Assembly: GCA_002104945.1 (NCBI GenBank)
Contig: MCFH01000159.1
Span: 1 to 22,791 of the forward strand
Length of the DNA stretch: 22,791 nt
Source of the DNA: Piromyces finnis finn
Taxonomy: Eukaryota; Fungi; Neocallimastigomycota
Direction of reading: 5' to 3'
Shown here: positions 1 to 11,655 of the stretch, one piece after another
Position numbering within the stretch: position 1 is the first letter of the stretch
How the letters are laid out: every line of letters begins with the position of its first letter
Program-made: the position numbers and the translations under genes
Notes under the pieces: model-generated
The model's database searches: none
What the model was told of the DNA's origin: nothing
Seen by the model: the letters and a program-made list of their open reading frames with translations, nothing else

Positions 1-3000
1 AGTAGTTATGATAAATTACTTGCTGGTATCGTTTTTGAAAGTAATGATCTTTCAAAATACACAATTCGTCTTAATATTAAGGATGTAGAAAATCCAGAAA
101 CAGAACCCATTACAAATGTTGGAAGTATATTTTCTTTAACGTCATCGGAAGAATTGTCTAGTCAATATATAAATATCTTTTCCCCAATTCAATCATCGGT
201 AGATCAAGCACTTATTAGAATGAAAACAAAAGATAATAATTTTTCATTGAATTATTCAATTGGTGAATTAGGTCAATTGGAATCAAATTTAAGTGAAAGT
301 GATATGGATATTTCCGCAAGTATTGGCTACTATATTACATTTTCTTTCTTGGCGGTCGTCTATACTATTACCCTTAATATTGTTAAAGAAAAAAGAAGAT
401 AAATTAAGAGATGGTTTATTAATCGCAGGTGTTCACCCCACAGTTTTCTGGCTATCATGGTTTATTCTTGAGGGTTTATTACATTCATCATCTCCGTTGT
501 TTTCACCATAATTATTGTTTTCAATAATTTAATACCAAATGTTAATTTCATTTTTATCTTCCTCGTAATTTTCCTTTTCTCATTAAGTGCTTGCTGTATT
601 GGTTTTATTTTTAGTACATTTTTCAAAAAGTCTAAAACTGCCGGTGTTGTTATTATCTTTTTCTATATCATTCTTTGTTATATGAATCAAATTTTAATTT
701 TGTTTAATTCAAATATTTCAAGAATACTATCATTTATTTTTTCAACAGTGTCTCTTGGATTATTCTTTAACAGTGCTATTAAACTTAAATATACCTACAA
801 ATCATTAGGTTTTGTAACTATTTTTAAGACAGATGTTGGTTTTTATTTATTAATTACTCTATTTAATGTTGTTACCTACTTTTTATTGGCTATTATTCTT
901 GATAATTTAATTTCCAATGAAAACAATAGATACTTATTTACTCCAAAAAGAAAGGTAAAAGATCTTCATTCCGAAAATGAAGTCACTTATCAAAAGGATA
1001 TTCAAGAAGATTTCAATTCAATAAACAATGAAAAAGTATGGTTGAAGTTAGTCGTGTTCATAAATTATTTAAAAGAGATAAGAATAACTCAAAGAATGAT
1101 AATAATAATAATAATAATAAAATCAATCAAAGGGAAAGAATTCAGAATTTTTGCAGTAAATGATATAAGTTTTAAGGTTTATCAAAATGAAATCTTTGCC
1201 CTTTTAGGTAATCCTAATAAACTAATAAGCTTAGGAATAAATTATATTAATATATTAAATTATTAAATTTTTATATATATTTGTTACTTGAATAGGTCAT
1301 AATGGTGCTGGTAAAACAACTCTTATTAATATTTGAGGTCTTATCAAAGCAACTTATGGTGATGTTTACTTTGATGGTTCTAGTATATCTAAAAATGTTA
1401 ATGCAATTCGTAAAGATTTCGGTGTTTGTGCTCAAACAAATATTATTTATGATGGACTTACGGTTGAAGATCATATTAACTTTTATGCTAATTTAAAGAA
1501 TGTTAAGGTTGATGTTGATGAAGTATTAAAGGAACTTGATCTTCTCCCACAAAAGAAATTAAAATCTTCAAAGTTAAGTGGTGGTCAAAAGCGTAAACTT
1601 TGTATTGGTATGGCTATTATTGGTAATCCAAAATACATCTTTTTGGATGAACCAACAACTGGATTAGACCCACTCTCTCGTCGTAAGATTTGGGAATTAC
1701 TATTAAAAAAGAAAGAAGGAAGAGTTATTTTCCTTACTACTCATTATATGGATGAAGCTGATGTTTTAGCCGATCGTAAATTAATTCTCAATAAAGGTAA
1801 AATCCGTTGTCTTGGTACCAGTCTTTATCTTAAAAACCATTTCAATATGAAGTATATATTTGATGTTGAAACTAATGAAAAAGAAAAGGTAAATAAATAT
1901 TATTAGAATTACCTTCCAGAAGCCATTTATGTTGAAAATAAGGAAGCCAACGAATTTGAATCCCATGATAATAAATTCTACACTTGGAGATTACCATTGA
2001 ATTCATCAGATCATTTTGCTCCACTTTTAAATGAATTAGATAACTTATCGGGTAGCTTAATTAGAAAGTATGCTCTTTCTTTACCAACCTTAGAAGAACT
2101 TTTCATTCGTTTAGAAGATGACCAAATAAATAATAGTGAAAAAGAAAAAAGCAATAATAATATTGATAATGAATATCAATACTTAATTCAAACTAATGAT
2201 AATAGTTTACCCGAACTGAAATCTGTACCAAAACCAAGTAATTCTAAACTTATCTCTACCCTTGTAAAGTATAGATTAAAAATTTTCTTAAAGGATAAGA
2301 TGTTTGCTTTTAATGCTTTCATCCTTCCAATCCTCCTAATTGCTTTAGTTTTCTTTGGTATTAATCAATTGATGTTCAAGGAAAGAATTATAACGTATGA
2401 ATCTAAAGCCATTACTGTTCCTAGTATGTATCCTGAAACTAAAATAAATTATTCTTTAAATTCAACTCTTCCAATCACAAAAAACAAATTCTTTCCGGTG
2501 TCGGTAATGATATATCTGGTGTATCCAATGTTTTAATTGAACAAATACAATATCCTAGATTTGAAGATGCCTATTATCTTTCTTCTCTCGGAGGTGAAAT
2601 GGTAGAATCTGAGAATAAGTTAAATGTAGAAATTTATTATAATAGTACCATGCCTCATAGTTTACCTGCTTCTCTTAATACTGTTAGTAATGCCTTCCTA
2701 GCCTCAAAAAATATTAGCGATCGTATTATTGTTAATAATCAACCATTCGATGAAAAACAAGACAATGTTGCTATGGTCGGTTTAACATTTATAGGATTTA
2801 TAATAGGTATTGGTGTTGTTTCAGTTTTAAACAAGTTTGGTCCATTAATTTCACGTGAAAGAATTAACCAATTACTTCTCCAACTTCAATTAAATGGTGT
2901 TTCACGTTTTAACTACTGGATTTCAAATCTTATTACGGATGATCTCCTTTTCTTATGTACTTGTACTTTAATATTCTTAGTGGTGTTGTTATTCGCTTTG

Positions 3001-4654
3001 AACCTTTATTAGACGTAAGCATTGTTTTACTTGTTCTTTGCTTTATAATTATATGGAGTATTCCATGTATGCTCTATCAATATATTATCAGTTTTATGTT
3101 TAAAAAAGAAGAGACAGCATTCACCGGTATTAGTGCTATCAATACTTATCCAATCATTTTTGGATTTTTCGGTTTAGTTATCCTTAATGCAAACACAAGT
3201 AGTTCTAACCTTGATGCTTTATACAGTAATACAGCAATTATTTCTGTTTATGTTTTACAGCACTCTGTCCATCCTTTGGTATTGTTGTTTTATTGAATGC
3301 TCTCTTACCCTAAAGTTATTCTCTTCCTTTAACTCCTCTGAATTATCAATGAAAACCATTATGAATTACCATAATATAATTAGTCCACTTATAGCATTAT
3401 TGATCGTTCTTTTATTGTATACTATTTCATTTTAATACTCTTAGATCGTATGAAGAATCAAACCAATAAAAGTGATATTAGTGAATTACCACCAAAAACT
3501 TCTGAAATTTATGAAAAGGAATTAGAAAATGGAGATGATGATGTTAAAAGAGAATATGAGTATGTTAAAGAGCATCAAAATGAATTACCAATTAGTACGC
3601 TTCATCTCTGTAAAGAATTTAACGTTTCAAAAGGAAAAAATTACTGATCCAAGCGAAATAAAGGAAATCAGAGATAGGGATGCCAATGACTATACCTACG
3701 GTGATATTCATAAATCTATTGTTAAATATAATCAACTTGTTAAAACCGCTGTAGTTGATGTTAATTTTGGTGTTAGACTTCATGAATGTTTCGGTCTTTT
3801 AGGTCCTAATGGTGCTGGTAAATCAACCACTTTAAATATTGTTTCCTCTACTATTCCTCAAACTATAGGTAGTGTTTGTTATAATGGCGTTGAAACTCAC
3901 CAAGCAAAGTTGGGTGACGTTTCTATGGGTTACTGTCCTCAACACGAATATTCTTTGGAAGGAATTAACACTTCGTGAACATATTGAATTCTTCCTTAGT
4001 ATTCGTGGTTATGATAGTGACGATGCTAAGGTATATGCTACTCAATACATTAATGCCGCTGGTTTAGAAGAACATCAAAATAAGCGTGTGGATGATTTAA
4101 GTGGTGGTACTAAGCGTAAACTTTCTATTTTAATTGCTATTTGTGGTTATCCAGAACGTATTTTACTGGACGAACCTACAGCTGGTATGGATCCATCCAC
4201 TCGTCGTTTAATTTGGGAAATTATTAAGAGTACCAAAGAAGAAATGATTCTGCCTTAATTATGACGACCCATTCTATGGAAGAAGCCGAACAACTTTGTG
4301 ATCGTTTAGCTATTTTAGTTAATGGACGTTTAATTTGTATTGGTAGTCCAGAACATCTAAAGATGAAGTATGGCAAAGGTTATATTTTAGAATTACAATG
4401 TAACGATGTGGACCAATTCCATTCCGAAGTTGTTGGAAAAATGCAATTTATTTAATTCTCATGAATATAAGATGGAAAGAATTTCAAATAACCGTGGAAA
4501 ATACGAAGTTAAAATGACCAAAAAATTAGGTTTGGTATTTGAAAGAATGGAAGAATATAAAAAGAAGGGATTAGTTAACGATTATAGTTTCAATCAAACT
4601 TCCCTCGAACAAATCTTTATTAATTTCGCTAAAAATCAAATTATATCTAATTAG
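1..4654 (+). pseudogene. Frameshifted, 5'-truncated copy of the ABCA transporter gene (apparent pseudogene, more likely an artifactual duplicate)
   Basis: Same peptides as the minus-strand gene: GHNGAGKTT, LSGGQKRKL, FLDEPT, GPNGAGKST, LSGGTKRKL, TTHSMEEA and the C-terminus SLEQIFINFAKNQIISN*. At least 15 local discrepancies, mostly 1-bp indels (e.g. ~391, 474, 1036, 1120, 1152, 1334, 2480, 2971, 3241, 3305, 3405, 3640, 3947, 4244, 4434). Confidence 0.85.
1208..1295 (+). other. Spliceosomal intron in the left ABCA copy (mirror of 9785..9873)
   Basis: cttttag|GTAATCC...TTGAATAG|gtcataatggtgctggtaaa. Splicing restores LLGHNGAGKTT. Confidence 0.9.
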
Positions 4655-5452
4655 AAATAATAATAACAATTCTCTACCATAAAATTAAATTTTAATATGA
4701 TAAACATAGTATAAAATATATCATTAGAAATAAAAAAAAAATAAAAAATAAATAGATAAAAAAAAAAAAAAAAAAAAACAATAATAAAATAAAAAAGTAT
4801 TTTAATATAATATTATTATATTAATAAAAAAAAAAAAGAAAAAGAAAAAGTAAAAAATAAAAAAAAATTATATATATTCCAAGTTGTTTTTTTATATTAT
4901 TTATTTATTTATTTATCTATATACATGTAATTTATTTAAGGTAAAGATTCCATGATTCCATGATAGTTCAGGTAGCTTTTAATTTTTAATATTAAGTTTG
5001 AAGATAAAAAAATAGATGAATTATTAAATTTTGAATAAGAATACTCTATTTCCATTTTTAATTTTTTATTTAATATTTTTTAAAAGAATTATTTTATAAA
5101 AGTGAAATGTAAAGTAAATAGAATAAAGAATTTAACTCCTGGAAGTAAAAATAAATCAATGTAAGAAAATAAGAAATATAAAATAAAAAAAAAAAAAAAA
5201 GAAAACTAAAAAATTTTTAATTTTTTTGATTATTTCAAAAATGAAAAAAATTTTATTAGGTATAAATGGTTTATTATTTATTAATTATTATTTAATCTAA
5301 ATAAAAAAAAAAAATTTAAAAATTTGTTCTATACTATTTGTAGTTTGTTTTTTTTGTTGGTTTGTTTTTTTGTTTGTTGTCGTTGTTCCTTTTTTTTTTT
5401 TTTTTTTTCAATTAGGTTAAAAAAAAAAAAAAAAAAAAATTAAATATTAACA

Positions 5453-5618
5453 TAATTATATAAAAAATAATAATGAAAAAAAAAAAAAAAAAAAAAAGAT
5501 AAAAAATATTATATTATCATTATTATGCGTTTTTATTATTATTGTTATTATTATTATTTTATATATTATTTAAAATATAATAAAAAAAAAAACTATATTA
5601 TTTTTTTTTAATTATATT
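5453..5618. other. Asymmetric AT-rich spacer (loop) at the palindrome centre
   Basis: Clear symmetry stops at ~5452/5619, with a fuzzy match perhaps to ~5475/5593. The core carries poly-A runs on the same strand at ~5476-5497 and ~5582-5592, so it is not self-complementary. Confidence 0.8.
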
Positions 5619-8600
5619 TGTTAATATTTAATTTTTTTTTTTTTTTTTTTTTTTTTAACCTAATTGAAAAAAAAAAAAAAAAAGGAACAACGACAACAAA
5701 CAAACAACAAACAAAAAAAAACAAATACAAATAGTATTATAGACAAAATTTTTAAATTTTTTTTTTTTTTTATTTAGATTAAATAATAATTAATAAATAA
5801 TAAACCATTTATACCTAATAAAAGTTTTATTTCATTTTTGAAATAATCAAAAAAATTAAAATATTTTTAGTTTTCTTTTTTTTTTTTTTTATTATATTTC
5901 TTATTTCTTACTCATTGATTTATTTTTACTTCCAGGAGTTAAATTCTTTATTCTATTACTTTACATTTCACTTTTATAAATAATTCTTTTAAAAAATATT
6001 AAATAAAAAATTAAAAATGGAAATAGAGTATTCTTATTCAAAATTTAATAATTCATCTATTTTTTTATCTTCAAACTTAATATTAAAAAATTAAAAGCTA
6101 CCTGAACTATCATGGAATCATGGAATCTTTACCTTAAATAAATTACATGTATATAGATAAATAAATAAATAATAATAATATAAAAAACAACTTGGAATAT
6201 ATATAATTTATTTTTTATTTTTTACTTTTTCTTTTTCTTTTTTTTTTTATTAATATAATAAATAATTTATATTAAAATACTTTTTTATTTTATTATTGTT
6301 TTTTTTTTTTTTTTTTTTATCTATTTATTTTTTATTTTTTTTTTATTTCTAATGATATATTTTATACTATGTTTTATCATATTAAAATTTAATTTTATGG
6401 TAGAGAATTGTTATTATTATTTCTAATTAGATATAATTTGATTTTTAGCGAAATTAATAAAGATTTGTTCGAGGGAAGTTTGATTGAAACTATAATCGTT
6501 AACTAATCCCTTCTTTTTATATTCTTCCATTCTTTCAAATACCAAACCTAATTTTTTGGTCATTTTAACTTCGTATTTTCCACGGTTATTTGAAATTCTT
6601 TCCATCTTATATTCATGAGAATTAAATAAATTGCATTTTTCAACAACTTCGGAATGGAATTGGTCCACATCGTTACATTGTAATTCTAAAATATAACCTT
6701 TGCCATACTTCATCTTTAGATGTTCTGGACTACCAATACAAATTAAACGTCCATTAACTAAAATAGCTAAACGATCACAAAGTTTTCGGCTTCTTCCATA
6801 GAATGGGTCGTCATAATTAAGGCAGAATCATTTCTTCTTTTGGTACTCTTAATAATTTCCCAAATTAAACGACGAGTGGATGGATCCATACCAGCTGTAG
6901 GTTCGTCCAGTAAAATACGTTCTGGATAACCACAAATAGCAATTAAAATAGAAAGTTTACGCTTAGTACCACCACTTAAATCATCCACACGCTTATTTTG
7001 ATGTTCTTCTAAACCAGCGGCATTAATGTATTGAGTAGCATATACCTTAGCATCGTCACTATCATAACCACGAATACTAAGGAAGAATTCAATATGTTCA
7101 CGAAGTGTTAATTCCTTCCAAAGAATATCGTGTTGAGGACAGTAACCCATAGAAACGTCACCCAACTTTGCTTGGTGAGTTTCAACGCCATTATAACAAA
7201 CACTACCTATAGTTTGAGGAATAGTAGAGGAAACAATATTTAAAGTGGTTGATTTACCAGCACCATTAGGACCTAAAAGACCGAAACATTCATGAAGTCT
7301 AACACCAAAATTAACATCAACTACAGCGGTTTTAACAAGTTGATTATATTTAACAATAGATTTATGAATATCACCGTAGGTATAGTCATTGGCATCCCTA
7401 TCTCTGATTTCCTTTATTTCGCTTGGATCAGTAATTTTTCCTTTTGAAACGTTAAATTCTTTACAGAGATGAAGCGTACTAATTGGTAATTCATTTTGAT
7501 GCTCTTTAACATACTCATATTCTCTTTTAACATCATCATCTCCATTTTCTAATTCCTTTTCATAAATTTCAGAAGTTTTTGGTGGTAATTCACTAATATC
7601 ACTTTTATTGGTTTGATTCTTCATACGATCTAAGAGTATTAAAATGAAATAGTATACAAATAAAAGAACGATCAATAATGCTATAAGTGGACTAATTATA
7701 TTATGTAATTCATAATGGTTTTCATTGATAATTCAGAGGAGTTAAAGGAAGAGAATAACTTTAGGGTAAAGAGAGCATTCAATAAAACAACAATACCAAA
7801 GGATGGACAGAGTGCTGTAAAACATAAACAGAAAATAATTGCTGTATTACTGTATAAAGCATCAAGGTTAGAACTACTTGTGTTTGCATTAAGGATAACT
7901 AAACCGAAAAATCCAAAAATGATTGGATAAGTATTGATAGCACTAATACCGGTGAATGCTGTCTCTTCTTTTTTAAACATAAAACTGATAATATATTGAT
8001 AGAGCATACATGGAATACTCCATATATTATAAAGCAAAGAACAAGTAAAACAATGCTTACGTCTAATAAAGGTTCAAAGCGAATAACAACACCACTAAGA
8101 ATAATTAAAGTACAAGTACATAAGAAAAGGAGATCATCCGTAATAAGATTTGAAATCCAGTAGTTAAAACGTGAAACACCATTTAATTGAAGTTGGAGAA
8201 GTAATTGGTTAATTCTTTCACGTGAAATTAATGGACCAAACTTGTTTAAAACTGAAACAACACCATACCTATTATAAATCCTATAAATGTTAAACCGACC
8301 ATAGCAACATTGTCTTGTTTTTCATCGAATGGTTGATTATTAACAATAATACGATCGCTAATATTTTTTGAGGCTAGGAAGGCATTACTAACAGTATTAA
8401 GAGAAGCAGGTAAACTATGAGGCATGGTACTATTATAATAAATTTCTACATTTAACTTATTCTCAGATTCTACCATTTCACCTCCGAGAGAAGAAAGATA
8501 ATAGGCATCTTCAAATCTAGGATATTGTATTTGTTCAATTAAAACATTGGGATACACCAGATATATCATTACCGACACCGGAAAGAATGTTTTCGGTTGT

Positions 8601-11083
8601 GATTGGAAGAGTTGAATTTAAAGAATAATTTATTTTAGTTTCAGGATACATACTAGGAACAGTAATGGCTTTAGATTCATACGTTATAATTCTTTCCTTG
8701 AACATCAATTGATTAATACCAAAGAAAACTAAAGCAATTAGGAGGATTGGAAGGATGAAAGCATTAAAAGCAAACATCTTATCCTTTAAGAAAATTTTTA
8801 ATCTATACTTTACAAGGGTAGAGATAAGTTTAGAATTACTTGGTTTTGGTACAGATTTCAGTTCGGGTAAACTATTATCATTAGTTTGAATTAAGTATTG
8901 ATATTCATTATCAATATTATTATTGCTTTTTTCTTTTTCACTATTATTTATTTGGTCATCTTCTAAACGAATGAAAAGTTCTTCTAAGGTTGGTAAAGAA
9001 AGAGCATACTTTCTAATTAAGCTACCCGATAAGTTATCTAATTCATTTAAAAGTGGAGCAAAATGATCTGATGAATTCAATGGTAATCTCCAAGTGTAGA
9101 ATTTATTATCATGGGATTCAAATTCGTTGGCTTCCTTATTTTCAACATAAATGGCTTCTGGAAGGTAATTCATAATAATTTTATTTACCTTTTCTTTTTC
9201 ATTAGTTTCAACATCTAAATTATACTTCATATTGAAATGGTTTTTAAGATAAAGACTGGTACCAAGACAACGGATTTTACCTTTATTGAGAATTAATTTA
9301 CGATCGGCTAAAACATCAGCTTCATCCATATAATGAGTAGTAAGGAAAATAACTCTTCCTTCTTTCTTTTTTAATAGTAATTCCCAAATCTTACGACGAG
9401 AGAGTGGGTCTAATCCAGTTGTTGGTTCATCCAAAAAGATGTATTTTGGATTACCAATAATAGCCATACCAATACAAAGTTTACGCTTTTGACCACCACT
9501 TAACTTTGAAGATTTTAATTTCTTTTGTGGGAGAAGATCAAGTTCCTTTAATACTTCATCAACATCAACCTTAACATTCTTTAAATTAGCATAAAAGTTA
9601 ATATGATCTTCAACCGTAAGTCCATCATAAATAATATTTGTTTGAGCACAAACACCGAAATCTTTACGAATTGCATTAACATTTTTAGATATACTAGAAC
9701 CATCAAAGTAAACATCACCATAAGTTGCTTTGATAAGACCTACCATAATATTAATAAGAGTTGTTTTACCAGCACCATTATGACCTATTCAAGTAACAAT
9801 ATATATATAAAAATTTAATAATTTAATATATTAATATAATTTATTCCTAAGCTTATTAGTTTATTAGGATTACCTAAAAGGGCAAAGATTTCATTTTGAT
9901 AAACCTTAAAACTTATATCATTTACTGCTAAAAATTCTGAATTCTTTCCCTTTGATTGATTTTTATTATTATTATTATTATTATCATTCTTTGAGTTATT
10001 CTTATCTCTTTTAAATAATTTATGAACACGACTAACTTCAACCATACATTTTTCATTGTTTATTGAATTGAAATCTTCTTGAATATCCTTTTGATAAGTG
10101 ACTTCATTTTCGGAATGAAGATCTTTTACCTTTCTTTTTGGAGTAAATAAGTATCTATTGTTTTCATTGGAAATTAAATTATCAAGAATAATAGCCAATA
10201 AAAAGTAGGTAACAACATTAAATAGAGTAATTAATAAATAAAAACCAACATCTGTCTTAAAAATAGTTACAAAACCTAATGATTTGTAGGTATATTTAAG
10301 TTTAATAGCACTGTTAAAGAATAATCCAAGAGACACTGTTGAAAAAATAAATGATAGTATTCTTGAAATATTTGAATTAAACAAAATTAAAATTTGATTC
10401 ATATAACAAAGAATGATATAGAAAAAGATAATAACAACACCGGCAGTTTTAGACTTTTTGAAAAATGTACTAAAAATAAAACCAATACAGCAAGCACTTA
10501 ATGAGAAAAGGAAAATTACGAGGAAGATAAAAATGAAATTAACATTTGGTATTAAATTATTGAAAACAATAATTATGGTGAAAACAACGGAGATGATGAA
10601 TGTAATAAATCCCTCAAGAATAAACCATGATAGCCAGAAAACTGTGGGGTGAACACCTGCGATTAATAAACCATCTCTTAATTTATCTTCTTTTTCTTTA
10701 ACAATATTAAGGGTAATAGTATAGACGACCGCCAAGAAAGAAAATGTAATATAGTAGCCAATACTTGCGGAAATATCCATATCACTTTCACTTAAATTTG
10801 ATTCCAATTGACCTAATTCACCAATTGAATAATTCAATGAAAAATTATTATCTTTTGTTTTCATTCTAATAAGTGCTTGATCTACCGATGATTGAATTGG
10901 GGAAAAGATATTTATATATTGACTAGACAATTCTTCCGATGACGTTAAAGAAAATATACTTCCAACATTTGTAATGGGTTCTGTTTCTGGATTTTCTACA
11001 TCCTTAATATTAAGACGAATTGTGTATTTTGAAAGATCATTACTTTCAAAAACGATACCAGCAAGTAATTTATCATAACTACT
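5619..11083. repeat. Right arm of the giant inverted repeat
   Basis: Reverse complement of 1..5452. The ORF track shows identical peptides on opposite strands (e.g. 682..1266 + vs 9815..11359 -, and 4406..4654 + vs 6423..6713 -). Confidence 0.98.
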
Positions 11084-11469
11084 CTCATCTTTATCCTTAT
11101 CAGTTTTATATTTTACCATTTCTTCTTGATTCTTAAATTGCATTGGTTTTATATAAGATGTAGAATTAAAAAAATCATTATTTATAGTTCCTACAATTTC
11201 TGGAATAATACTACCATCATTTTCTTCTGGTAATACAAATCCAACTACTGAATACTGATAATCATAAGATTTACTAAATAAACTATATAGAGGTGAAAGA
11301 ATGGTTGGTTCATGGCTATTTATAACAGTACTTTCATTTTTTCCACTATTCTGTTTCAATATGAAACTTATTAAAACTAATGTACCAATAATTTTTAATG
11401 AAATAATAATAGTAATAAAAGTGAATATGAATATTTTTTTTTATATTATATATAAATATAAGCAATTTG

Positions 11470-11500
<31 letters not shown>

Positions 11501-11655
11501 CTATATTACTTACAAATACATAAAATTGAATAAATTGGGAAAAAGATTTCAAGAACGATAGTGGCTTTCGAAGCCTTTTTTAAAAGAATATTTCTTTTAA
11601 CTAAGGCTTTTAATTGATTAAGGTAGTAACCCTTTAATAAGATTTCAAAATTCAT
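6423..11655 (-). CDS. Full-size ABCA-subfamily ABC transporter (TMD-NBD-TMD-NBD), ~1669 aa after correction; exons 11655-11514, 11376-9874, 9784-6423
   Basis: Exon 1, missed by the ORF track, reads MNFEILLKGYYLNQLKALVKRNILLKKASKATIVLEIFFPIYSILCI, an ABCA-type N-terminus. NBD1: GHNGAGKTT / LSGGQKRKL / IFLDEPT / TTHYMDEA. NBD2: GPNGAGKST / LSGGTKRKL / ILLDEPT / TTHSMEEA. PTLEELF and SLEQIF follow the NBDs, and a large extracellular loop follows TM1. Five 1-bp frameshifts (~8551, 8265, 8036, 7706, 6786) are each repaired by the left-arm sequence; the corrected CDS is 5010 nt, a multiple of 3. Confidence 0.93.
9785..9873 (-). other. ABCA intron 2 (89 bp, phase 1) inside the NBD1 Walker A motif
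   Basis: GT...AG boundaries; removal joins EIFALLG to HNGAGKTTL. Confidence 0.92.
11377..11513 (-). other. ABCA intron 1 (137 bp, phase 1)
   Basis: Donor GTAAGT at 11513 and acceptor ...GGTACATTAG at 11377. Splicing gives the continuous hydrophobic TM1 sequence FFPIYSILCIFLISFILKQN. Confidence 0.88.

Larger units (their letters stand above)
1..5452. repeat. Left arm of a ~5.45 kb x2 inverted repeat (giant palindrome)
   Basis: Base 1 (agtagttatgataaattacttgctgg) is the reverse complement of the sequence ending at 11083. The match continues through coding and non-coding sequence to taaatattaaca at ~5452, which pairs with 5619-5630. The arm may extend left of the window. Confidence 0.98.

Noticed and set aside
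1-9746. Multi-gene ABC transporter operon or bacterial-style cluster of many small ABC and membrane ORFs
   Set aside because: The ORFs are consecutive fragments of one eukaryotic ABCA gene, split by introns and 1-bp indels and present twice as an inverted copy.
1271-10652. Antisense ORFs 1271..1474 (-), 7715..7930 (+), 9603..9818 (+), 10458..10652 (+) and 1781..1966 (-)
   Set aside because: These are short shadow frames opposite the ABCA CDS, with no motifs.
1-11083. Giant transposon with terminal inverted repeats (Polinton/foldback) or a telomeric palindrome
   Set aside because: The arms consist of a host housekeeping-type gene. There is no transposase, integrase or polymerase, no target-site duplication and no telomeric repeat.
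9815-11359. 514-aa ORF as a standalone membrane protein starting MKQNSG
   Set aside because: The start is a TTG inside exon 2 and the stop lies within intron 2. The real ATG is at 11655.
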